From: a virus
Virus record (IMG/VR): IMGVR_UViG_3300002542_000002
Length of the DNA: 46,935 nt
Reading direction: 5' to 3' (one strand)
The position numbers and the translations under genes were made by a program. Below, in pieces: positions 23,854-31,400 of the stretch. Below the pieces are notes generated by a model, which worked only from the letters and a program-made list of their open reading frames with translations, made no database searches and had not been told where the DNA came from. Position 1 is the first letter of the stretch. The number at the start of each line of letters is the position of its first letter.

Positions 23854-23887
23854 AGCGGGAGGATATCGATCCTCTCGCTTTATTTTT
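23854..23887 (+). terminator. rho-independent terminator of the plus-strand gene (convergent with the minus-strand unit)
   Basis: AGCGGGAGGAT-ATCG-ATCCTCTCGCT (11-bp stem including one G-U pair) followed by TATTTTT. Confidence 0.75.
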
Positions 23888-24044
23888 GCTTAAATACTTT
23901 CACCATCCTAACCGGATCATCGTAAGCGATAATCGGCTTTTCGAGATCGAAACCCTCCGCTATCAAGCAAGCCTTTATTACAAGCTCATTTAAAACTTTG
24001 AGCGGCGAGCTTATATCCGTAAAAGGGATCTCGCATATCTTCAT
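23880..24044 (-). CDS. hypothetical small protein (54 aa)
   Basis: Hand-translated: MKICEIPFTDISSPLKVLNELVIKACLIAEGFDLEKPIIAYDDPVRMVKVFKQK. SD GGAGGGAG. Sole ORF between promoter 24080-24108 and the convergent terminator. Confidence 0.5.
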   Translation of the reverse strand: MKICEIPFTDISSPLKVLNELVIKACLIAEGFDLEKPIIAYDDPVRMVKVFKQK

Positions 24045-24079
24045 TTTCTCCCTCCTTTCATTATCTCGCTCTAGCGATA

Positions 24080-24108
24080 ATTATAAAGCTTTTTGTTTCA
24101 TTTGTAAA
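24080..24108 (-). promoter_or_regulatory. sigma-A type promoter, class I (TTTACA-17-TATAAT)
   Basis: Minus strand reads TGTTTACAAATGAAACAAAAAGCTTTATAAT. Confidence 0.75.
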
Positions 24109-24146
24109 CACTAAAAATAAAAAAATAACCGAGATTTTTCTCTCGG

Positions 24147-24701
24147 TTATTGATCCCTAAATGTTTCCTCGATAAATTCCTTTTCTTCTTCCGGCGAAAG
24201 GATCCCGGTCGCTCTCCCGATCGTTCCGCCTTGCCATTCCCATATAGTATTATGATCCTTGTCGATCTTGCTAAAATCGCCTTTTTTCCACTTCTTGAGG
24301 ATCTTAAGCATTTCGTCTTTATGCTCGTAATCGCTATCCTTGACGATCCGGATAAGCTCATCGATCCGCTCAGGAGTCATTTCGACGGCTCCCCATTTTA
24401 CGGAGGCTCTTACTTTTTGATGAGTCATTTTGTGCATAGTAGCGAGCGCTTGTTCTTCATTCCAATTAATTGTAACGTCTTTCCCTTCTTCTCGGTATTT
24501 ACGAGCATTATCGAGCGTTTCTCCTTCCTCGGTTACTACTACTCCGGATCCTATCCCGATCAATTCGTTTAAGAGCATCGTACCGAGCTTATACACTCCG
24601 AAAAGGATCACGAAAGAGGCGATCGTTACTTTTACCCATTTTTTAAGCTTGCGTTTTTTCTTTTGCTCCCGAGTTTGAAAGTTTGCGTTAAGATTAACCA
24701 T
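24147..24701 (-). CDS. N-terminally membrane-anchored hypothetical protein (184 aa)
   Basis: Basic N-terminus followed by a TM helix (VTIASFVILFGVYKLGTMLL). Preceded by the conserved initiation cassette. Confidence 0.65.
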   Translation of the reverse strand: MVNLNANFQTREQKKKRKLKKWVKVTIASFVILFGVYKLGTMLLNELIGIGSGVVVTEEGETLDNARKYREEGKDVTINWNEEQALATMHKMTHQKVRASVKWGAVEMTPERIDELIRIVKDSDYEHKDEMLKILKKWKKGDFSKIDKDHNTIWEWQGGTIGRATGILSPEEEKEFIEETFRDQ

Positions 24702-24721
24702 TTTAAAACTCCTCCTTGTTT

Positions 24722-24979
24722 TTAGTTGATATCGTATTTTTCAATAGGATTGATAAGCTTAATATCTTTGATCTTGTAAGCAAGCTCGTAATCTTCGATG
24801 AGTTGCTTAGCGTTTTCGGCTTTCATTACTCCGGTTAGCGGTATAGCTGCTATCCCGCTCTCGTCCATCTTATGAGCATAAACTCTCGCTCGGTTTCCTC
24901 GATACCATTGTAGAAAGAGATTATCCGGCGGGATCTTCATCTTGATAATGTCCGGGTTATCCCAAAACTTGCGGCTCAT
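24722..24979 (-). CDS. hypothetical protein (85 aa)
   Basis: Start placed at ATG 24979 (MSRKFWDNPD...) with a GGAGGGGAGAG SD. The track ORF extends to 25021. Confidence 0.55.
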   Translation of the reverse strand: MSRKFWDNPDIIKMKIPPDNLFLQWYRGNRARVYAHKMDESGIAAIPLTGVMKAENAKQLIEDYELAYKIKDIKLINPIEKYDIN

Positions 24980-25244
24980 TGTAAAAGATCTCTCCCCTCC
25001 GGTATTTGCTAAAGATCTCATCGATCCCCGCTCGATCCATAAGCTCTAAGAGAAAATCGATCTCCTCGAGAGCTTCCCTAAGCTCTTTCTCTTTCGCCTC
25101 CAGCCGCTCGACTTTCTTTTTTCGATCCTCCGGACGGAGATAAGGATCTAAATCCCGGTAAAAGAATAGATCCCCTACCGTTTCCTTGAGTCGCTCATCT
25201 AAGCGGGAGCGCTCTTTCTTGAGAAAGTGACGAGCATACCGCAT
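24957..25244 (-). CDS. hypothetical coiled-coil protein (95 aa); first gene after the late terminator
   Basis: SD AAAGGAGAGGG upstream. Downstream of promoter 25285-25313. Confidence 0.6.
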   Translation of the reverse strand: MRYARHFLKKERSRLDERLKETVGDLFFYRDLDPYLRPEDRKKKVERLEAKEKELREALEEIDFLLELMDRAGIDEIFSKYRRGEIFYNEPQVLG

Positions 25245-25284
25245 TTTAACCCTCTCCTTTATTTAATTTTATCGCTTTGGTTAT

Positions 25285-25313
25285 AATATACATCATCGCT
25301 CGTCTGTTTACAA
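25285..25313 (-). promoter_or_regulatory. candidate promoter TTGTAA-17-TATATT overlapping an inverted copy of the class I box
   Basis: The plus strand carries TGTTTACAAGTGAAA at 25305-25319, the opposite orientation to the four other copies. The minus strand reads TTGTAAACAGACGAGCGATGATGTATATT. Confidence 0.5.
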
Positions 25314-25336
25314 GTGAAAAATACATATTTTTAGAG

Positions 25337-25369
25337 AAAAAATTTAAAGGAGCGGGTAAAATCCGCTCC
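25337..25369 (-). terminator. rho-independent terminator ending the late (structural/lysis) operon
   Basis: Minus strand reads GGAGCGG-ATTTTAC-CCGCTCC followed by TTTAAATTTTTT. Confidence 0.8.
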
Positions 25370-25379
25370 TCATCGGCTT

Positions 25380-25664
25380 TTATTGCTTTTTCACTTTTGA
25401 TAGATCATATAAACCCGAGGCTCCTACTCCGGCGAAAAATCCAGCCCATAACCGGAGAGTTAGCTCCATATCCGTAAAAGGGTAAACAAGCGCTCCAATA
25501 ACTAAGCCGATAGCGACGGAAAGGAGCGGGAGGTACTTAGCTCGGGAGCCGCCTTTATCAAAACTCGGAGCCGTTTTCTTTAAAAGCTGGAGGAGGATCA
25601 AAACGATAACCGAGATCGCCGATCCCAGCGCCAAAACTTGAGTCATACCGTTTAAGCTTTCCAT
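25380..25664 (-). CDS. small three-TM membrane protein of the lysis cassette (holin-like or accessory)
   Basis: 94 aa. Hydrophobic segments VLALGSAISVIVLILLQLL, LLSVAIGLVIGALVY and LWAGFFAGVGASGLY. Immediately downstream of the endolysin. Confidence 0.55.
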   Translation of the reverse strand: MESLNGMTQVLALGSAISVIVLILLQLLKKTAPSFDKGGSRAKYLPLLSVAIGLVIGALVYPFTDMELTLRLWAGFFAGVGASGLYDLSKVKKQ

Positions 25665-25676
25665 CAGTTTAACCTC

Positions 25677-26684
25677 CTATTTTACTCGTAATTTTTGTCC
25701 GACGTAAATTTTGTTTACGTCTTTGAGTTTGTTCCATTCTTTGATTTTAGCGATCGATGTACCGTATTTCGCCGCTAACTCGGAAACGGTATCGCCTTTC
25801 TTTACTGTATGATAAACCGGAGTGTTTTTAGCGCTCGGGAGCTTTAATACTTGTCCGACATAAATCTTATCCGGATCCTTAATATCGTTTAAGCGCTGGA
25901 GTTCGCTTACCGTCGTATTAAATTTTCTCGCCAATCCGGAGAGCGTATCTCCTGCTTTGACGGTATAAGTACCCGCCGCTTGTTTCGGCGTTTCTTTTGG
26001 CGATGGAGCGGTTTTAGAGGCACTTGTCGCCTTTGAAGCGCCCGGGATCTTTAACACTTGTCCAATATAAATCTTATTCGGATCCTTAATACCGTTTAAT
26101 CGCTGGAGTTCTCTTACCGTCGTATTAAACTTTTGCGCTAACTCGGAGAGCGTATCTCCCGCTTTGACGGCATAAGTACTCGCCGCTTGTTCCGGCTCCG
26201 CTTTCGGCGCTGGAGCGGCTTTTTTGTCGTATTGAGTGAGGTTATAAGTTTCGATCATATTGATAAGCTTTTTAGCGTAATTAGGATCCGTCGCATATCC
26301 GGCGGCTTGTACCGCTCGGCAAGCCTTTTTGTAGTCTTTCTCCCCTATAACCGCTTTGTACTTATCTCGATCCCAGCTAACGCCGTTTACGTAAAGCTTA
26401 GCGAGATCCTCGAGGCTCTCGTACCATGATGGATATTTGCGGAAAGCGGCATCGACATAAACATCTTTTCCGTTAATATGCTCCCATGTTTTCATAACAA
26501 TAGAGTCGCCGTTATAGGATCCTTTCACTCCGAAAAGGTTTTTCCCTTTTCGAGCTAAACCGCTCTCTCCGAAACGGCTCTCATGACAAGCTTGAGCGAT
26601 GATAAGGCTAGCTAAAATATTGTATTTTTCCGCTACTTTTTGAGCGTAAGGCGCTATCTCTTTAATGAAATCGAGTTTACCCAT
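25677..26684 (-). CDS. endolysin: N-acetylglucosaminidase domain plus 3 LysM repeats
   Basis: 335 aa. N-terminal [30 protein letters not shown] (glucosaminidase/FlgJ-like). Three LysM units ([24 protein letters not shown]...KIY.GQVLK.P). Confidence 0.93.
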   Translation of the reverse strand: MGKLDFIKEIAPYAQKVAEKYNILASLIIAQACHESRFGESGLARKGKNLFGVKGSYNGDSIVMKTWEHINGKDVYVDAAFRKYPSWYESLEDLAKLYVNGVSWDRDKYKAVIGEKDYKKACRAVQAAGYATDPNYAKKLINMIETYNLTQYDKKAAPAPKAEPEQAASTYAVKAGDTLSELAQKFNTTVRELQRLNGIKDPNKIYIGQVLKIPGASKATSASKTAPSPKETPKQAAGTYTVKAGDTLSGLARKFNTTVSELQRLNDIKDPDKIYVGQVLKLPSAKNTPVYHTVKKGDTVSELAAKYGTSIAKIKEWNKLKDVNKIYVGQKLRVK

Positions 26685-27150
26685 CTTTTTTCTCCTCCTT
26701 TTTCTCGTTCACTTGATCGGTAACGCCGCCGATCGTATCTCCGTTTTGTAATTGTTCCAAACGATCATATAAAACCCTCGGGATCTTTACTCCCATTCGA
26801 GCGAGATTTTCCATAATGGAGATACCCTCGGTACCGATAAGGATCATTAGTACCGCTCCTCGGAGAAAGCCATCGCCGGAGCCGAAAGTATAGTCTAATT
26901 GAGTCGCTACAATAGCGAAACACATCATCCCCGCTTTTTTCGCCAATCCTCGGAAAGCTCGATCGGATGAAAGTTTAGCGGTATACCATCCGGCTAAGGC
27001 TCCGGTAAAGTAATCTAAAGCGACGAAAATACCGAAAGCGATCATAAGATTATCGAAACCGCCGACGAGATAGGAAACGGTAGCGAAAAAACCTCCGGTT
27101 ACTCCATTGTAAAGAGAGTCGCTATGAGGTACATTTTGCGTCGTTTTCAT
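26677..27150 (-). CDS. holin (phage_holin_4_1 / LL-H-like)
   Basis: 157 aa. [26 protein letters not shown]...[17 protein letters not shown] is the typical family pattern with several TM helices. Overlaps the endolysin start by 8 nt. Confidence 0.8.
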   Translation of the reverse strand: MKTTQNVPHSDSLYNGVTGGFFATVSYLVGGFDNLMIAFGIFVALDYFTGALAGWYTAKLSSDRAFRGLAKKAGMMCFAIVATQLDYTFGSGDGFLRGAVLMILIGTEGISIMENLARMGVKIPRVLYDRLEQLQNGDTIGGVTDQVNEKKEEKKDG

Positions 27151-27159
27151 ACCATAACC

Positions 27160-27212
27160 TTACCTCCCTCGTATTCTATCGATCTATACCTAGTATAACG
27201 TAAGGGAGGTAA
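27160..27212 (-). promoter_or_regulatory. SD-sequestering hairpin in front of the holin gene
   Basis: Perfect 10-bp inverted repeat. On the mRNA, TTACCTCCCT (from 27203-27212) pairs with AGGGAGGTAA (from 27160-27169). The latter is the holin SD, 9 nt upstream of ATG 27150. The loop is 33 nt. Confidence 0.5.
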
Positions 27213-27215
27213 ATT

Positions 27216-30200
27216 TTAGATCCCCGGAGGCGCTTCGTGATATGGTACTACATCCGGGATCGTTTCAAAGAGTCGAGGATCCTCTTGCCCCATCGTCCAT
27301 AAACCGATACCTTTCGCTCCATACTCATTTACGGCTCTATTCATCGTATCGAGGAAAGAGTAGCTATCTCCGCACCATGTAACGGAGGCTCCCTCTTTAT
27401 CGCATACATAAAGATAAGCGTACCATATCCCCGGATCGTCAAAGATAACCTTAATATCGGCGGATCCGTCAAAGCCCGGTACCTCGGTTATAAAAAACTC
27501 ATAATCTAGCGATATCTCCGGTTTCTTTCCGTCCGGTAGCGGATCCCGAGTAACTGTTTCGTCGATCCCCGAAAAATTGAGATACCCGAAATTAGGATCG
27601 ATCGTATACCCGCTCCGAGAGATCGCTCCGAACGTTTTCCGGTATGTTTGTCCGCCGATCTTTGTTTCTACTGTAAATTTTTCCATGAGATCCCATTTAT
27701 CCGTCGTCGAGATCCGCAATACATAGAAACGAGCCTCTACCTTATTCGCATAGATCCCGGTTACTCCTCCGGATCCTCGGGAAAGGTCAAAGATTTGTCC
27801 TCCGAAAGCCTTAACGTCCGAGTATCCGAAATAAAAGTATCCTTTTCCGTTATGGAGGATAACCTTAAGCTTTGTCCGATCCCCGACTCCATAGCTTGCC
27901 GGGAGATCTTGTTCTTGGATAACGACATCGTTTAAGGTAAGCCGGAGTTTTCGAGCTTTGTAATCCGCTACAAATACATATCCATCCGTACCGCTCGATC
28001 CTCCAAACTGTATACCTACCGCTCCCGCTTGAGTAACTCGAAACTCGATCTCTACACATAAATTAGAGCGAAACTCGTAATTAACGAGCAAGCGCCCGCC
28101 GCTATTGAGATCTCCCCAATAAGCATAAGCATCGTCCGGATTGCCGTTATAAGGATCTTGCTTAACCGCCCAAACTCCCCAGCTATAACCGATCTCATAC
28201 GTCGGGTTAGCTGGATCATAGCAGTAAGTTTTGTCCGCCGAGAGAGTATCGCCGTTTCCTTTCGCCGTTCTTACCTCATATTTTGCATAATAGCTTGAGG
28301 TAGTGAGATCCGGTAAATCTTGATAAGTAACGTTCCCTTGCTCGTCCACTACCCGGCGGTATTGAGCGAAACGATCCTCCCACATAATGAGCGGGATCGG
28401 ATCTTGCCGGAGCGCTTTCGAGGTTATAGCAAGGGTAGCGGGTACCGAGGCATAAGTACCGTCCTTCTTTTTAAACGGCTTTACCGTACTTTTGAACGTT
28501 ACCTCGCCGCCGCTAAAATTGTTTTTAAAATCCTCGCATACAATAAAGCCATAAATAACCGTCCCATCGTCGCTAAGATCGCCGTCGATCGTGATTGTAT
28601 TCGCTCCCGCTTGGAATTGCTTAACGCCGCAATCGTACCAATGACTAGCCTTAAACATAAGCGGGTAGTAATCGGCGAAAGGTTGTATCGTGAAGCTATG
28701 AGAGCCGTTTAAAATACATCCGAGTTTTGCTTGGTTATACCATATAAACGATACGAGAGCGATTAAACGGTAAGATCCGGCGCTCGGTACGTTTAGGGTA
28801 TAGGTTACTTTCCCGCTCGGTACTAAGTCGCAATAAGTTCCGACTCCTTGCTCCGTTTTCGGGATCCATTTCTTACCGTATGTCTGATAACCGATGATCC
28901 CGGAGCGGGTACTAACGACTCCATTTTCTTTGATCGTTATCGGAGTGTTAATGATACCGTTATATGTTCTAACTTGACCGCTCGGCGACGGAGCGGGATC
29001 CGTACTCGATGGAGCAAAACTTTCCGCTACAATATTCGTAAATTCGGATCGCTGGATCCGGGAGTAAGTCGTAATATACTCTTGTCCGTTATAAGTCGAT
29101 AACCTTGCCGTCGGGGATCCGTTTACCTCCGATACGACTCCATAACGAGCCTTGAAATAGTCATATACATGTTGCTGGAGTATTTGGTTTTTACTTTCTT
29201 GATCCTCGATACCTGCAAAACATAAAAATTCTTGGTTGTGCCATTCGTAAATAGTATTTCCATCGCTCCCGATTTGCTCGGTCGAATGGTTATGCTTATA
29301 TAGTCCGTTTTGCCAATCGATAAAGTTTCGATAAGTAATCGTCGATCCGTATAAGCGGTTATAATCATAGATCCCCCATCTATGTCCATACCCAGCGGCT
29401 CCGAAAAAGACTCGATCCATCGTTAGCTTAGCGCCCGGCGCTCCGAAACATTGTTTCGCCCAATCCGATACCTCTTTAAACCACCATAAAGGAGTAGAGG
29501 CTCCCGGAGAGGATCCATTCCATGAAAAGTCATATGTCATTATCTGTAATTCGTCGATAACGGCGTTTCCTTGCGAGTCGGTCGTATTAGCGAAAAGCTC
29601 GTAATCATGAAAGCGATAGTAAAAAGGAGTGTTTTTCCCCCACATCGCATAAGCGTTGACTTGTAACGCTAACCCTCGAGGGATACATACCTCGTTTTTG
29701 ATCCGCTTAAGGATGTTCATATAAGTTATGTTATCCCCGGTACGATAGTCGTATTGACTATCGCTAAAGCTCGCCTCGAAATCGATCTCGATCCCTTTGA
29801 TATATGGAGCGTTGCTTTCGCCGGGATAGTTATAGCTATTCATCACGTTATCGATAACCGCTTTTACATTCTCGATAAAGTTATCTTGATAAGCCGGGTT
29901 ATCAAACATCCGAGTAACCCTTGTCGCTCCAAAAAGGATAAAAGAAATATAATGTCTAATATGACTCCATCGGCGCATACCTCGCTCGATGGATCGCCAA
30001 AAACTCCAGCTCATCCATGAGCGAGTCTTAGCGTTATCGATGAAATGATCCGGCAAGCCGTCGCCGTCGGCATCCGCTCCCCATCGATAAGTACCGTAAT
30101 TATCGCCGTCGTAAAAGCTCGGGATCGCTCTCCGGACATATATTTCGCCGTCGTATTCGACTTGAAACTCATGTACTCCGAGAGCGTATATTTTATGTCC

Positions 30201-30278
30201 GTATTTTTCGAGATCCTCCTCATACGCTTGCGATCCAGCGTTTAACGTCCAAGTTAATAACCGTCTTTGTCCACTCAT
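27216..30278 (-). CDS. large tail/receptor-binding protein with a split GH18-like (chitinase/peptidoglycan-hydrolase-like) barrel
   Basis: Start chosen at ATG 30278 (TAATG overlap, SD GGGAGGAG); the track ORF starts at 30305. Track numbering: YIKGIEIDFE (168-177), IMTYDFSW (255-262), FFGAAGYGHRWG (300-311), then ~640 aa, then GAKGIGLWTMGQED (996-1009). Confidence 0.7.
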   Translation of the reverse strand: MSGQRRLLTWTLNAGSQAYEEDLEKYGHKIYALGVHEFQVEYDGEIYVRRAIPSFYDGDNYGTYRWGADADGDGLPDHFIDNAKTRSWMSWSFWRSIERGMRRWSHIRHYISFILFGATRVTRMFDNPAYQDNFIENVKAVIDNVMNSYNYPGESNAPYIKGIEIDFEASFSDSQYDYRTGDNITYMNILKRIKNEVCIPRGLALQVNAYAMWGKNTPFYYRFHDYELFANTTDSQGNAVIDELQIMTYDFSWNGSSPGASTPLWWFKEVSDWAKQCFGAPGAKLTMDRVFFGAAGYGHRWGIYDYNRLYGSTITYRNFIDWQNGLYKHNHSTEQIGSDGNTIYEWHNQEFLCFAGIEDQESKNQILQQHVYDYFKARYGVVSEVNGSPTARLSTYNGQEYITTYSRIQRSEFTNIVAESFAPSSTDPAPSPSGQVRTYNGIINTPITIKENGVVSTRSGIIGYQTYGKKWIPKTEQGVGTYCDLVPSGKVTYTLNVPSAGSYRLIALVSFIWYNQAKLGCILNGSHSFTIQPFADYYPLMFKASHWYDCGVKQFQAGANTITIDGDLSDDGTVIYGFIVCEDFKNNFSGGEVTFKSTVKPFKKKDGTYASVPATLAITSKALRQDPIPLIMWEDRFAQYRRVVDEQGNVTYQDLPDLTTSSYYAKYEVRTAKGNGDTLSADKTYCYDPANPTYEIGYSWGVWAVKQDPYNGNPDDAYAYWGDLNSGGRLLVNYEFRSNLCVEIEFRVTQAGAVGIQFGGSSGTDGYVFVADYKARKLRLTLNDVVIQEQDLPASYGVGDRTKLKVILHNGKGYFYFGYSDVKAFGGQIFDLSRGSGGVTGIYANKVEARFYVLRISTTDKWDLMEKFTVETKIGGQTYRKTFGAISRSGYTIDPNFGYLNFSGIDETVTRDPLPDGKKPEISLDYEFFITEVPGFDGSADIKVIFDDPGIWYAYLYVCDKEGASVTWCGDSYSFLDTMNRAVNEYGAKGIGLWTMGQEDPRLFETIPDVVPYHEAPPGI

Positions 30279-31108
30279 TAAAACCGACTCCTCCCGAAAG
30301 TCCATTGATTAAACTTAGCTGTTCCGTAATAACCGATCCCGGTATCTTGTAAGATCCCATTTTTAAACTTATAAAACTCGATCCGAAAGCGGCTCGCTCC
30401 TTTTTGCGCTAAGAAAAAGCTCCGCCGCTTAATAGGAAAGTTACTCCCATCCGAGAGCGTTATACTATTGACTCCTCCTATCGGTAGCCTTGTCGAGCCT
30501 ACATACGCTTTTCCGGAGCGGGAGAGGATCTTAATCGGTACTCCAGCCGATCCGCCGCCGATCGTAAACTCTCGGGTATATGTCATCGAGAGCGGATGAT
30601 CCGGATCGTTGTTATAGTAATGTTCCGGATCTTTTAAGGATCCGTCGTTAGTACATAGGCGGAAAAGATCGTAATCATCTTTCGGGATGATCTCGAAATC
30701 GACTCCGGTAGGCAATACTTGGACATACCAATCATCCGGATACCAATTAGGTAGAGTAAAAACCTCTATCCCTCGCCCGGCGATGTTATACTCTCGAAAC
30801 TCTAAATTAGTCCGTTTAACCGGAGTTTTTCCGCCGTTGTAAATATCGTCTACCGATACCCGAGTTTTCGTTTCGTCGTTAGTATGATAGAGTTTTCTCA
30901 AAAACTCCCGAGTTTCCGGTACCCATCCGGTTAATTGTTTCCCTGCTTGAAAATGGATATCGGTTATATAGAGCGGTACATCCTCGTTATTTTCGTTACG
31001 GATAACCGCATCATCGGCGACGATCTCGACTCTAACGAAATCGATCGGCTCATCATGAGAAAATGAGAAAGTACCGGAAAAGCGCCGCCATTTCTTAGGA
31101 TCAAGCAT
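30278..31108 (-). CDS. tail fibre / baseplate-associated protein (276 aa)
   Basis: Lies in the tail-tip module. N-terminal segment DFVRVEIVADDAVI...PLYITDIHFQAGK is paralogous to the 71-aa upstream protein. Start at ATG 31108 (SD GGAG 8 nt upstream). Confidence 0.55.
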   Translation of the reverse strand: MLDPKKWRRFSGTFSFSHDEPIDFVRVEIVADDAVIRNENNEDVPLYITDIHFQAGKQLTGWVPETREFLRKLYHTNDETKTRVSVDDIYNGGKTPVKRTNLEFREYNIAGRGIEVFTLPNWYPDDWYVQVLPTGVDFEIIPKDDYDLFRLCTNDGSLKDPEHYYNNDPDHPLSMTYTREFTIGGGSAGVPIKILSRSGKAYVGSTRLPIGGVNSITLSDGSNFPIKRRSFFLAQKGASRFRIEFYKFKNGILQDTGIGYYGTAKFNQWTFGRSRF

Positions 31109-31316
31109 TTTCAAAACTCCATCTTATCTCGGATACATGTCCGATATGAGAAGTCGCTACCGTTCCGCCTTGTAGCATAATGTCCGTAATGTATAACGCT
31201 CCCTCGATTTGAACATTTTCCGCCGCTACTTCGACTCGGATCGAGTCTAATTTTTGCGAGCTATCGATCGGGATCTTTAATACAATCGGCTGGAAAGAGC
31301 CTTTATCCAGCGCCAT
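31101..31316 (-). CDS. small tail-module protein (71 aa), paralogous to the N-terminus of the next gene
   Basis: Start at ATG 31316 with SD AAGGAGG 8 nt upstream. DSIRVEVAAENVQIEGALYITDIMLQGG. Confidence 0.5.
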   Translation of the reverse strand: MALDKGSFQPIVLKIPIDSSQKLDSIRVEVAAENVQIEGALYITDIMLQGGTVATSHIGHVSEIRWSFENA

Positions 31317-31400
31317 TATAACCGCCTCCTTATTGTAAGAAAGGCGCTCCATCTTAACGATAAGCGCCTTTCTCTTTTAATTTAATTATACCTCGTTTCT

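Noticed and set aside
25305-25335. Plus-strand promoter TTTACA-17-TTTAGA firing antisense into the lysis cassette
   Set aside because: The -10 candidate matches TATAAT at only 3 of 6 positions and no plus-strand ORF follows. It is kept only as a note under the class I box finding.
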